From Candidatus Latescibacterota bacterium (GTDB lineage: Bacteria > Latescibacterota > UBA2968 > GCA-2709665), in assembly GCA_965219995.1 (NCBI GenBank), contig CBDCOX010000002.1:96001-160000 (forward strand): a DNA stretch of 64,000 nucleotides, in the 5' to 3' direction. The position numbers and the translations under genes are program-made. Positions within the stretch are counted from its first letter, which is position 1. Every line of letters starts with the position of its first letter. Shown piece by piece: positions 1-10,500 of this stretch. The notes under the pieces are model-generated. The model ran no database searches and was not told the origin of the DNA. It saw only the letters and a program-made list of their open reading frames with translations.

Positions 1-385
1 CGTATCCCTTCAGGCGTTTCTCCTCCCACAATAGCTTCTTGTTCTTCACATCGAAGCAGCTCACGTCCAGGAAGACCGAAATCTGGAACTGGTCCTCCTG
101 GCTGCGGTAGGTGAACGGATCGTCCCGCACCTCCACGATCGTGCCGCGAAGCACGACGTCCGCGCGGTCCTCGTCCGTCACGCGCAGCGCCGCGTCCTGG
201 ATGAACGCCTGGATCAGGCTGTCCGTGAGGGCCTGCTGGATCTCCGGCTCCAGGCTCTCGTTCTCCATCAGCGGAATGGCCACCGAGCGGAAACCCGATC
301 CGCCGGTCGCGGAGGTCGAATAGTACGCGCATCCGCCCAGCCAGAACAGGACCAGTGCGGCGCAGGGAAGGAGAGAACGCTTCAA
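1..385 (-). CDS. LptE-family (LPS assembly) lipoprotein, 3' end outside window
   Basis: Manual translation from TTG at 385: MKRSLLPCAALVLFWLGGCAYYSTS...SVAIPLMENESLEPEIQQALTDSL...ADVVLRGTI; lipobox LGGC; start overlaps the upstream stop (TTGA). Confidence 0.75.
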   Translation of the reverse strand, partial: MKRSLLPCAALVLFWLGGCAYYSTSATGGSGFRSVAIPLMENESLEPEIQQALTDSLIQAFIQDAALRVTDEDRADVVLRGTIVEVRDDPFTYRSQEDQFQISVFLDVSCFDVKNKKLLWEEKRLKGY

Positions 386-843
386 TCCGATTCCTCCTTC
401 GCGTCCGACGTGTCCTCCGCCGGCGCGCCGCCTGACGCCGCTTCCTCCGGCGCCTCGGCTTCAGCGCTTTCGACGGCTTCTTCCCCGCCTTCCGCGGCAG
501 TCGCTTCGACGTCCGCCGCGGGCGCCTCGGCATCATCCTCGGAAGCATCTGCCTCGTCCGGCCCCTTGTTCGCCTCGTCGACGTAATTCATCCGCAACTC
601 GTACAGCGCGTGCTCCAGAAACTTCTGTTCGTTGTCGCTGAGATTGCCCTTCGTCTTCGCCTGAAGCATGCCCAGTATGTCAATGGTGTTCTTCGCCTGC
701 GCGAGGTCCCGTTCCACCTTATTGGTCGCCGGGTTCATCACCTTGCCCAGATGCTGCCAGGCCGCCCCCTGAAACATCAGCACGACCTGCGTAAACAGAA
801 ACTCGTTCATCTGTTCCTGGGTGATGGATTCACTTTCAGCCAT
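382..843 (-). CDS. DUF1844-family protein with acidic C-terminal tail
   Basis: AWQHLGKVMNP...DLAQAKNTIDILGMLQAKTKGNL...LYELRMNYV; AGGAGG RBS upstream. Confidence 0.85.
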   Translation of the reverse strand: MAESESITQEQMNEFLFTQVVLMFQGAAWQHLGKVMNPATNKVERDLAQAKNTIDILGMLQAKTKGNLSDNEQKFLEHALYELRMNYVDEANKGPDEADASEDDAEAPAADVEATAAEGGEEAVESAEAEAPEEAASGGAPAEDTSDAKEESD

Positions 844-1002
844 CTGTATAACCTCCTTGAAATGATTGACTTAAGCACTACGTGGAAATGTGCTCTTATG
901 GTCCTGAATCGTTATGTGGGTAGACGCAAGACGTGAGACGGGAGATGATATCAGCGCCCTAAAGGCGGGGAGAGGGTAGAGGTGAGACGGTAGAGAATGT
1001 GA

Positions 1003-1290
1003 TTGCCTGGTGCGGTTTCACTTCTTGCCGGAGGCATTAAGTACGAACAAATCGGGCAAGGATGTCATCTACCGTCTTGCGTCTAACGTCTCACCGATTC
1101 TATTGCCCTGTGTGGTTTCACTTCTTGCCGGAGGCATAAAGGAAGAGCCAATCGGGCAAGGATGTCATCTACCCTCTACCGTCTCCCGTCTCACGGGTTT
1201 TCTTGCCCCGTCCGGTTTCAACTTACGCCGGAGGCAATTAGTACGAACCAATCGGGCAAGGATGTCATCTACCGTCTACTCACGGGTTTT
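1003..1290. repeat. Tandem array of 3 hairpin units with exact 100-bp period (repeat family A)
   Basis: GCCGGAGGC at 1027, 1127, 1227; each unit TTGCC...GGGCAA followed by GGATGTCATCTACC and heptamers; TTCTTCC runs at ~1300-1330. Confidence 0.9.
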
Positions 1291-1337
1291 AGTTTTTCCT
1301 TCTTCCTTCTTCCTTCTTCGTTCTTCCTTTTACTTTC

Positions 1338-1970
1338 TCACGTCCCACCGCCAATCGCTTCCTCTAATTTCGCCAGCGCCGTCCCGGCGTCCGCCCATCC
1401 GCGGACGATGTCTGTCTGCGTGCCGTCCCGTTTCACGACCACGCTGGGAAACTCCCGCACGCCCATCGACCGCCGCAAGTTGAAGCCCGCCTGCAATTCC
1501 GCCTCGATCTCCGGCGACCGGATGTCCCGGTCGAACCGTTGCGCGTCCAGCGGCGGTGAAAGCGATCCGGCAACCGCGGTCAGCGTATCGATATCCGAGG
1601 GGTTCCGCGCCTCCCGGTAATACGCACGCTGGATGGCGTCGAACATTTCCGGCACGGCGTCGTCCCGCTGCGCCCCTGCCGCCAGCACCGCGCGGCAGGC
1701 GGGGTAGGTCGACCGGCGAGGTTTGCATTTGCGCCAGAAGTCCCAGTTGAATTCCGCCCCCGTCGTCTTTGTGACCTCACGCCAGTTCATCTGCACGTAC
1801 GCGCGGGTCTCTTCCGGCATCGGATCGTCGGAATCCCTGGCCAGCCCGCCCATCACGTAACCCACCGGGATGGAATCCGGAAGCGCCGCCACGATTTCCC
1901 GAAGCACCGGCCGGAACCCCCAGCACCACGAACACATGGGGTCGGCCACGTAATAGAGTCGGTGATCCAC
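1338..1970 (-). CDS. DsbA-family (thioredoxin-fold) protein
   Basis: YYVADPMCSWCWGF (CxxC), STYPACRAV, GVREFPS. Confidence 0.9.
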   Translation of the reverse strand: MDHRLYYVADPMCSWCWGFRPVLREIVAALPDSIPVGYVMGGLARDSDDPMPEETRAYVQMNWREVTKTTGAEFNWDFWRKCKPRRSTYPACRAVLAAGAQRDDAVPEMFDAIQRAYYREARNPSDIDTLTAVAGSLSPPLDAQRFDRDIRSPEIEAELQAGFNLRRSMGVREFPSVVVKRDGTQTDIVRGWADAGTALAKLEEAIGGGT

Positions 1971-2085
1971 GATTCGTCCCTTCGAAGGATGCGTACGAAA
2001 AAACAGACGTCAGACTGGATCGAATAACTTCGAACGGCTCGGCTCGCGAAGCCGGATTTCACAAGCGCCGCACGGGTACAATATT

Positions 2086-2340
2086 AACCTCAATTCGAAA
2101 AAAGAAAACCGAAAAATCGGCCACAAAAAGCACAAAAGGCACAGAAAGCATCGGTGCAATGCGGCGTGTGTCGTAACGCGGGGAACCGCCGGTTATTTCC
2201 TCACCGGGCCGAAAAGGTCGTCCGGAAGCACATTTTTTCCGTTCACGTCCAGTGACCCGCAGGTTCCTGGAAATCAGATGTTAAATCGCCTTTATCAACT
2301 TGCATATATTCGAACCAACGTTCCCGAAAAATGTTGAATC
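2086..2340. repeat. 255-bp dispersed element, copy 1 (MITE-like or ncRNA; family B)
   Basis: Colinear, about 90% identical by manual alignment to 56197..56451; contains CCACAAAAAGCACAAAAGGCACA. Confidence 0.9.
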
Positions 2341-2561
2341 AAGGGTAAAGACGGGAGTCCAAAAAGGCAAGCCCGTCGACCCCGTCTGAATCTGTACAAT
2401 AGCGTTTCACCGCACTTCTCCTGCGGCCCGACAGAATCCGCTTGCGCGTGCGCGACAGTTGTGCGTACTTTCGACAACACTGTTCCTGCGAGATCCGTCC
2501 CGTGCACTCGAGCTGCATCGGGACCGATTTATCGGAAAATCATCAGAAAAGGAGGTCGCCC

Positions 2562-3026
2562 GTGAACGTGGAAGTCACTATTAACGGCGAGCGCCACAGC
2601 CACGACGTGGAGCCCAGGCTGCTGCTTGTGCATTATCTGCGCGACGTCGTCGGCCTTACCGGCACCCACGTCGGCTGCGAAACCAGCCTCTGCGGCGCCT
2701 GCACGGTGATGCTCGACGGGCAGGCCGTGAAATCCTGTACCCTGCTCGCGGTGCAGGCGAACGGCGCCGAGATTACGACCATCGAGGGCCTGGCCGAGAA
2801 CGGCGAACTTCATCCCGTACAGGAGGGCTTCTGGGAATGTCACGGCCTTCAGTGCGGTTTCTGCACGCCCGGGATGATCATCGCCGCCCACCAGCTGTTG
2901 CAGCGCAACTCGCGGCCCACCGAGGCGCAGATCCGTCGCGGCATCGAAGGCAACCTGTGCCGCTGCACCGGGTACCAACACATCGTGGACGCCGTCCAGT
3001 ACGCGGCCCGAAAGATGAGATCCTGA
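2562..3026 (+). CDS. coxS: (2Fe-2S) small subunit of a CoxL/xanthine dehydrogenase-family enzyme
   Basis: [29 protein letters not shown]; AGGAGG before GTG 2562. Confidence 0.9.
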   Translation: MNVEVTINGERHSHDVEPRLLLVHYLRDVVGLTGTHVGCETSLCGACTVMLDGQAVKSCTLLAVQANGAEITTIEGLAENGELHPVQEGFWECHGLQCGFCTPGMIIAAHQLLQRNSRPTEAQIRRGIEGNLCRCTGYQHIVDAVQYAARKMRS

Positions 3027-3039
3027 AAGGAGGTCTTCC

Positions 3040-5370
3040 ATGCCTGTCAGCAAATCCGTAGGCGCCAGAATCAAGCGCAGGGAAGATCCCAGGCTGATCC
3101 AGGGCCTTGCGCAATACGTAGACGACATCCAGTTGCCGGGCACGCTGCACGTCGCCGTGCTCCGCAGCCCGTACGGGCACGCGCACATCCGCGGTATCGA
3201 CGCCTCGGCCGCCTCGGACCATCCGGGCGTGGTGGCCGTGGTTACCGGCGACGATTTGAAGGACAACATCGGCACCATTCCCTGCGCCACCACCGATCCC
3301 GAGGGCTTTCCGGGCATCCAGGTCCCCGATCATCCGGTCCTGGCGCACGGCAAGGTACGGTTCGTCGGGGAGCCGGTCGCGGCCGTGGTCGCCGACAGTT
3401 CATATGCCGCCAGGGACGCGGCTGAACTCATCGAGGTGGACTACGACCCGCTCGACGCCGTCAACTCGTCCGAGGCGGCGCTGGCTGACGGCGCCCCGCT
3501 TCTGCACGAACAATTCGGCAGCAACCAGGCCTTCACATGGGCGATTGCCGGCGGCGACATCGACGACGCCTTCGCCCAGGCCGACCGCGTGGTCAAACAG
3601 CGTTTCAACCACCAGCGGCTGGTGCCCAACCCGCTGGAAACCCGGGGTGTGGTCGCACAGTTTCAGCCAGGTGACGGAAAACTCACGGTCTGGTCATCCA
3701 CGCAGATCCCGCATCTGCTCAGGACTCAGCTCTCGGTCATTCTCAACCGGCCCGAGCAACTCGTGCAGGTCATCGCTCCCGAGGTGGGCGGCGGATTCGG
3801 CTGCAAGCTGAACGTCTACGCCGAGGAAGCCCTGGTGGGGCACCTGGCCATCCAGCTCAAGAGGCCGGTCAAGTGGATCGAAAGCCGGAGGGAGAACTTC
3901 CTGCACACCATCCACGGTCGAGACCAGGTCGGCGACGTGGAGATCCCCGTCAAGAACGACGGAACCATCCTGGGTCTCAAATACACCGTGGAGGCCGACG
4001 TGGGCGCCTACTACCAGTTGCTCACACCGGCGATCCCCACCCTCACGGGGCTGATGCTCTGCGGTTGTTACAGGTTCCAGAACGTCTCGATGGAACTCAC
4101 CGCGGCCTTCACCAACAAGATGGCCACCGACGCGTACCGGGGCGCGGGCAGGCCGGAAGCCACGTACCTCATCGAACGCATGCTGGACTGCGTGGCTCAC
4201 GACCTGGACATGGACCCCCTGGAGGTCCGCCGAAGGAACTTCATCGGCAAGGACGAGTTTCCCTTCGAAACCGGCACCGCAGTCGCCTACGACAGCGGCG
4301 ACTACGAAATCGCGCTCAACAAGGCGCTCAGGAAGATCGACTACGAAGGCTTCCGCAAGGAGCAGGCGGACGCCCGCGAACAGGGCCGGTACCTGGGCAT
4401 CGGCTTCTCCACGTACGTGGAGATCTGCGGCATGGGTCCCTCGGCGGCCATGCCGGCGGGCGGCTGGGAGAGCGGCACGGTAAGGGTGGACCCGACGGGC
4501 AAAGTCACCGTTCTCACCGGGGTCTCGCCCCACGGCCAGGGGCAGGAAACCACGTTTGCCCAGCTCATCGCCGACGGTCTCGGGGTGGATATCGACGACG
4601 TGCGCATCATCCACGGCGATACCGAAGCCGTGCAGTACGGCATCGGCACGTTCGGTTCCCGCGCGACCGCGGTGGGCGGTACGGCCATGGTAATGGCGAT
4701 GGAAAAGATCAAGGAAAAGGCCGTGAACATCGCCGCGCACCTGCTGGAGAGCAACCCGCAGGACATCGTCGTCGAAGACGGCAAGTACGGCGTCAAGGGC
4801 TCGCCCGACCAGGGCGTCACCCTGGCGGAGATCTCCATGGCCGCACACGGGGGCGTGAATCTGCCGCCGGATACCGAGCCGGGTATGGCGGCCACCCATT
4901 TCTTCGAGCCGTCCAACTTCACCTACCCGTTCGGCACGCACATCGCCATCGTGGAAGTGGACGCGGACACCGGAGAGGTGGACATCCTGCGGTATATCGC
5001 CGTTGACGACTGCGGCCAGATCATCAACCCGCTGATCGTCGAGGGTCAGATCCACGGGGGCATCGCCCAGGGTCTGGGCCAGGCGCTATATGAAGAGGCC
5101 ATCTACGACGAGAGCGGGCAGATGCTCACCGGCTCGTTCATGGACTATGCCCTGCCCAAGGCGCACAACTTCCCGCGCTTCGAGCTCGACAACACGGTCA
5201 CGCCCTCGCCGGTGAATCCGATGGGCGTCAAAGGCGTGGGAGAGGCGGGCACCATCGGCTCCACGCCGTCCATCGTCAACGCGGTGGTGGACGCGCTCAA
5301 ACCGTTCGGCGTGCGGCACATCGACATGCCGCTGCGTCCCGAAAAACTCTGGAAGCTCATGCAGGGGTAG
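3040..5370 (+). CDS. coxL: Molybdopterin-binding large subunit, form II CoxL-like
   Basis: GGGFGCK, AYRGAGRPEA (form II, not AYxCSFR), HGQGQET, GTFGSR, KGVGEAG. Confidence 0.88.
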   Translation: MPVSKSVGARIKRREDPRLIQGLAQYVDDIQLPGTLHVAVLRSPYGHAHIRGIDASAASDHPGVVAVVTGDDLKDNIGTIPCATTDPEGFPGIQVPDHPVLAHGKVRFVGEPVAAVVADSSYAARDAAELIEVDYDPLDAVNSSEAALADGAPLLHEQFGSNQAFTWAIAGGDIDDAFAQADRVVKQRFNHQRLVPNPLETRGVVAQFQPGDGKLTVWSSTQIPHLLRTQLSVILNRPEQLVQVIAPEVGGGFGCKLNVYAEEALVGHLAIQLKRPVKWIESRRENFLHTIHGRDQVGDVEIPVKNDGTILGLKYTVEADVGAYYQLLTPAIPTLTGLMLCGCYRFQNVSMELTAAFTNKMATDAYRGAGRPEATYLIERMLDCVAHDLDMDPLEVRRRNFIGKDEFPFETGTAVAYDSGDYEIALNKALRKIDYEGFRKEQADAREQGRYLGIGFSTYVEICGMGPSAAMPAGGWESGTVRVDPTGKVTVLTGVSPHGQGQETTFAQLIADGLGVDIDDVRIIHGDTEAVQYGIGTFGSRATAVGGTAMVMAMEKIKEKAVNIAAHLLESNPQDIVVEDGKYGVKGSPDQGVTLAEISMAAHGGVNLPPDTEPGMAATHFFEPSNFTYPFGTHIAIVEVDADTGEVDILRYIAVDDCGQIINPLIVEGQIHGGIAQGLGQALYEEAIYDESGQMLTGSFMDYALPKAHNFPRFELDNTVTPSPVNPMGVKGVGEAGTIGSTPSIVNAVVDALKPFGVRHIDMPLRPEKLWKLMQG

Positions 5371-5470
5371 GTCGTCTGCCCGTTCCGTCAGGGCGCGCGG
5401 AAAACCGGCCGACTGTCGGTTGAACGCGCCCGCGCGGATGTTCAAATCTTCGATACCTGGAGAGAAGCCA

Positions 5471-6337
5471 ATGATTCCCAGCCCATTCGACTATCACGCG
5501 CCGAAGACCCTGAGAAAGGCGCTCAGTCTGCTTCAGGAACACGGCGGCGACGCGAAGATCCTGGCAGGCGGCCACAGCCTGATCCCGCTGATGAAGCTGC
5601 GGTTCGCCTCGCCGGCAACCCTCATCGACCTGGGCGGCATTTCGGGTCTGCGGAAGGTCGTCGCGGGAAACGAAACCATCTCGATCGGCGCCCTTGCGAC
5701 GCACCACGCGGTGGAGAGCCACCGGCTGCTGAAATCCAGATGCGGCCTGCTCCCTGAAACCGCGTCGGCGATCGGCGACGTCCAGGTGCGCAATCGCGGC
5801 ACGGTGGGCGGAAGCCTGGTTCACGCGGATCCCGCAGCGGACTGGCCAGCCGCGATGCTGGCGTTGAACGCCGAACTCGACGTCTCCGGCCCCGGCGGCG
5901 ACCGGAGCGTTGCCATCGGCGATTTCTTCGAAGACCTGCTCACCACCGCCATCGGCGACGACGAAATCCTCACCCGAATCCGCATCGCCACGCCGCCGGC
6001 CGGCTCCGGAGGCGCGTACGTCAAGATGCATCAGTCCGCCTCGGGATTCGCCATCTGCGGCGTTGCCGCGCAGGTCACACGGAGCAACGGCGCCTGCACG
6101 TCGGTCGCCATCGGCGTCACGGGCGTTTCGGCGGTGGCCTACAGGGCTTCTGCCGCGGAAGCCGCGCTGCAGGGCGGACCGCTCGATGCCGAGACCATCG
6201 CCGCGGCGGCCGACAAGGCCGCCGACGGCGTCGATGACTTTCAGGAAGACCACCATGCCTCGGGCGAGTACCGGGCGCACCTGGCCAGGGTCTTCACGCG
6301 CCAGGCGCTTACCCGGGCCGCCGAGCGGGCTGCCTGA
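5471..6337 (+). CDS. coxM: FAD-binding medium subunit, CoxM-like
   Basis: MIPSPFDYHAP, AGGHSLIPLMKLR, QVRNRGTVGGSLVHADP. Confidence 0.9.
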   Translation: MIPSPFDYHAPKTLRKALSLLQEHGGDAKILAGGHSLIPLMKLRFASPATLIDLGGISGLRKVVAGNETISIGALATHHAVESHRLLKSRCGLLPETASAIGDVQVRNRGTVGGSLVHADPAADWPAAMLALNAELDVSGPGGDRSVAIGDFFEDLLTTAIGDDEILTRIRIATPPAGSGGAYVKMHQSASGFAICGVAAQVTRSNGACTSVAIGVTGVSAVAYRASAAEAALQGGPLDAETIAAAADKAADGVDDFQEDHHASGEYRAHLARVFTRQALTRAAERAA

Positions 6338-6437
6338 AAGCGTCAGATCAACCGAACAGATCATCGCGTGCGTCCGGTAGTGTCTCCGGGCGCACGCGAG
6401 CGCGTACCCACCCGCCGTAACTCCTGAGGAGGCGCAT

Positions 6438-6947
6438 TTGAAACTGCAGGGCACGCATACGATCAACGCGCCGCGCGAGCGTGTCTTCGACCTGCTCACC
6501 GACCCCGAGGCCCTCGCCAGGTGCATTCCCGGGGCCCGCAATCTGGCGCTTGTAGGGGAGAACACGTACGAACTGGAAATCAACGCCGGCGTGGGGCCCA
6601 TCAGAGGCAGTTACAGCGGCACGGTCCGCCTGGAAGACCTGGACCCGCCCCAACACTATCGCATGGTCGTGGATGCAAAGGGCAAGACCGGGTTCGTCAA
6701 GGGCGAGGGAAGCATCGACCTCGCCGACGAGGACGACGGTACGCAGGTATCCTACAGCGGCAACGTGCAGCTTGGCGGCCCCGTGGCGGCGGTGGGACAG
6801 CGGTTGCATCTGAGTGTCTCGAAGATGATGACGCGACAGCTCTTCGGCGCGATCGAGGCCGAGGCCAACGCTGCGCCCGGAGAATCCGTCAAGCATGGCA
6901 TCCTGCGGGACTATCTGCGCGGGAAGAAGCCCGGCGACGGGCAATAG
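6438..6947 (+). CDS. coxG: CoxG (SRPBCC) accessory protein
   Basis: LTDPEALARCIPG, GVGPIRGSYSG, VQLGGPVAAVGQRL. Confidence 0.85.
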   Translation: MKLQGTHTINAPRERVFDLLTDPEALARCIPGARNLALVGENTYELEINAGVGPIRGSYSGTVRLEDLDPPQHYRMVVDAKGKTGFVKGEGSIDLADEDDGTQVSYSGNVQLGGPVAAVGQRLHLSVSKMMTRQLFGAIEAEANAAPGESVKHGILRDYLRGKKPGDGQ

Positions 6948-6993
6948 CGTTGCGAGCCCGGACCGGAGTGTCGAAGAAACGGCTGAGTTCCCC

Positions 6994-7359
6994 ATGCCCC
7001 ATATCAACTGGAACGACGTCCCCGTCAACGATCTCGCCCCCGGTGTGCGTATCCGCGCGCCCTACGGCGAGAATCTCATGATCTCCCTGCTGGAAATGGA
7101 CGAAGGCGCGGTGGTGCCGCTGCACCATCATCCGCACGAGCAGGGCGGAATCATGCTCGAAGGACGGGTCGAGCTGACGATCGGCGACGTCACCCGTACG
7201 GTAGAAAAGGACGACGCCTATCTCATCCCGCCCAATGTGCCGCATCGAGCGGTGGCCGTGGACGGCCCGGCGGTTGTGCTGGACATCTTCAGCCCGGTCA
7301 GGGAAGACTACGTGGAACTGGGCAACCGCTACATTCCTCCGGATGACAGGCCGGGATAG
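6994..7359 (+). CDS. Cupin-domain protein
   Basis: VPLHHHPHEQGG...IPPNVPH...DIFSPVREDY. Confidence 0.88.
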   Translation: MPHINWNDVPVNDLAPGVRIRAPYGENLMISLLEMDEGAVVPLHHHPHEQGGIMLEGRVELTIGDVTRTVEKDDAYLIPPNVPHRAVAVDGPAVVLDIFSPVREDYVELGNRYIPPDDRPG

Positions 7360-7364
7360 CCAGT

Positions 7365-7525
7365 CCGTGAGACGGGAGACGTTAGACGTGAGATGATGTA
7401 AGTGCCTGTTCGGTATCATCTCTTGCCGGAGGCATAAAGGTATAACCAATCGGGCAAGGACGTCTTCTCCCGTCTCCCGTCTCCCGTCTCACCGCTTTCA
7501 GTTCTTCCTTCTTCCTTCTTCCTTC
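7365..7525. repeat. Single copy of repeat family A hairpin with flanking heptamer runs
   Basis: TGCCTGTTCGGTATCATCTCTTGCCGGAGGCATAAAGG...AATCGGGCAAGGA; GTGAGAC heptamers before, CGTCTCC and TTCTTCC heptamers after. Confidence 0.85.
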
Positions 7526-7553
7526 TACCCTCTCCCCGCTTTCGGGTTTTTCC

Positions 7554-10500
7554 CTACCGTGACTTCGCAGGGTCCGTAGACTTGAGTAGATTCCCTGCAA
7601 ACCCCCTCAGAAAATGCCTCAGGTCATCCAGATAGGTATAGAACAGCGGCACCACGAAGAGCGTCAGGACCGTGGACGACAAGAGGCCGCCGATCATCGT
7701 GATGCCCAGCGGGGCGTAGGGCGTGCCGAGCATGGTCGCGGATCCCGCGGCCATCGGGAACAGTCCGAAGACCGTTGTAAAGGTGGTCATCAGAATCGGC
7801 CGGAACCGGTTGTATCCGGCCTCCTCGATCGCCTCTGAGCGGCTCATACCGCTCCCCCTCAACCGATTGATCATATCCACCAGCACGATCGCGTTGTTCA
7901 CGACCACGCCGATGAGCAGAATGATACCCATCTGGGCCATCTTCCCCATGACGGTGTTCGTCAGGAACAGACTCCAGTACACGCCCAGAAACGCGAAGGG
8001 GATCGACAACAGGACCGCGAACGGAAGCACGAAGGACTCGAACAGCACGCCCATCAGCAGGAAGACGCAGGTAATCGCCATCACGATTGCGAACGACATC
8101 GTATCGTCGGACTCCTGGAATCTGGAATAGGTCTCTCCCTTGTTCCAGGAATACCCCCGCGGCATGGCGAATCCCACCATCGCGCGGTCGATCTGTTCCC
8201 ACAACCCTTTCAGGTCTTCCTGCGTTGTAAATGCCCGCACCCGCATCCGCATTTTTCCGTCCTCGCGCCGAATATTGCCGCTGCCTTCCGTAATGTTGAA
8301 CGAGGCGAATGCCGAGAGGGGAATCTGGGTACCGGTATTCGAGCGAAACGGGAATTTCTTGAGTTGTGCCAGCGTCTGGCGATCGTCTTCGTCCATGAAC
8401 AGCCGGACTGAAATCATCCGGTCGTCGTCGTGATACGGCGCCAGGTTGACCCCGCGCAACTGGTAGGAAATGCTGCGGCCCACGGCCCGGGCGGAAATCC
8501 CGTACGCGTGCGCCTGTTCCTTGTTGACGAGCACCTGCACTTCCTTTTCCGCGTATTCCAGGTCGCTGTCCACGCTGACGACGTCCGGAATCGCCTCCAC
8601 CCGCTGTCGCACGGCCTCCGACAGCCGCCCCAGCAGATCGATGTCGTCTCCGTAGAGATAAACCGAGACTCCCGGCTCACTGCGCCACCGCGTCTGAACC
8701 ATCACCCGCACACCGACGAATTTCGGTATGTGTTTCTTGACGTCCTCGATTACCTCCGCCCGGGTCATCTGCCCCTTGACGGGAAGACCGGCTTTCTTTC
8801 GAACGCTCTTGTAAAACTGGTACCACCAGTCCCTGTTCGGCTCTTCTTTCAGATACACCCGGATAAAACCCCGGATAAGACTGCTCTGTCGCCAGTAACC
8901 CAGCCGCACCGTTTCTATCCGGTAGGCGTCCCGTTTGCTGTCCAGGAAATCCTCGATCTGGGTTGCGACACGTTCCATCTCCGCACGTTTGAAAAAGGGC
9001 GGGGCATTGAATCGAATGAAAAATTCGTTGTTTACCCGGGCGCGACCGGTGGTCTTCTTGACGTTCGAAACCGGATAGAAAACCGAAACAAACAGGATGA
9101 TGAAGATCAGGGAAGCATCACGCCGGTGATTCAGAATCCACCGAAGGCCTCCTTGGTATTTCCGCCGCATCCACCGGACCGACCCCGGATCCTTCCTTGC
9201 GGCGTGCCTGCCGAGAAGCTTCGCCGCAAGGGGGATGAAGATCAGCGCCACGAAGAGAGACCCCAACAGCGACACGACCACCGGAATACCGACCCTGGTG
9301 AGTTCGAACGTCAGCCCCATGTCTCCCGTCATAAACATCAACGGCAGGAAGACCACCACCGTGGTCAGCGTCGCCATCGATATGGCCATGCCCACCTCGC
9401 TGGCGCCGGTAACGGACGCCTTGTGCGCATCCATTCCCTTCGCCCGCATCCGATAGATGTTCTCCACGATCACGATCGCGTTATCCACCACCATTCCCAT
9501 CCCCACCATCAGGCCCATCATGGTCAGCAGATTCAACGACCAGTCCAGAAAATAGAGCACGGAAATCGTCATCATGATGCACAGTGGAATCGACAGGGTA
9601 ATCAGGGCCGTCATCCGCACGGCGCGGAGGAAATACAGCAGGATCAGGGAGGCGAACAGGGCGCCCCAGATCGCGGTCGTTCGAATATTGTCTATCGAAT
9701 CCCGCACCGCCCGGCCCTGATCCCACAAAACGTTGAACTGTGCTCCGGTCTCCTGGGCGATCCGATCCAGTTCCTCCTTCACCCGGACCGATACGTCCAC
9801 GACGTTGGCGCTCGATTCCTTGTACACGTCGAGCCCGACGGCTTCCTTGCCATTGATTCGCCAGGATCCCAGGCGCGGCGGTATTCCGAACAGCACGCCT
9901 CCCACGTCGGATACGGTGACGGGATCCAGGCCGTTCGACCGCCTGATGGGTATCCGGCGGATCTCGTCCATGTCCCGATACCGCGCCAGGGAGCGGATGA
10001 AGTATTTCTTGCCGCCCTCCTGCAGGTGACCGCCGGCCAGCGCGAAGTTCTCCCCCTGCAGCGCCTGTACCACGTCGGCGGGTCGGACGCCCAGCGAACG
10101 CATGCGCTCCTGCAGCACAACGACCGTGATCTCCTTCCTGAATCTCCCCCAGAAAGAGATCTTCGCCACCCCGTCGATCCGCTCCAGACGCCGTTGAACC
10201 CTGTCTTCAATGAAGGACTGGATATCCTCAAGTCCCTCGGGCGGGGCCACCCCCATCCATATAATTTCCTGGTCGGTCTCCTCGTTATACTTCCACACAC
10301 CCGTTCTCTCGCGCTTCTCGGGGGGCAATTCCAGTTTCAGCCGGTCAAACCGGTCCATGACCTGGTTGTAGGCCAGGGACATGTCGGTCTCCGGACGAAA
10401 CCTCAGACCGGCATTCGCCCAGTCCTTGCCGGCCCACGTTCGCATTGACTCGAGGTTTTTCACCGTTCCGAGATAGGTCTCGAACAGCCTGCAAATTTCC

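Noticed and set aside
1003-1290. Family A arrays as CRISPR
   Set aside because: Units are similar along their whole length with no unique spacers, 100-bp period, and no cas genes in the window
1010-1620. ORFs 1010..1483, 1162..1620, 11293..11532 and 11396..11713 with shared peptide motifs
   Set aside because: Translations of the 100-bp repeats; the period is not a multiple of 3, so motifs shift frame
2312-2323. GAAC-N4-GTTC inside element B copy 1 as a LexA box
   Set aside because: Not conserved in copy 2 and lacks extended symmetry; likely chance
8430-10448. Long antisense ORFs (8430..10448, 11923..13686, 13559..15352, 26750..29134, 43574..45391 and similar)
   Set aside because: Shadow frames of well-supported genes in high-GC DNA, with no recognisable motifs
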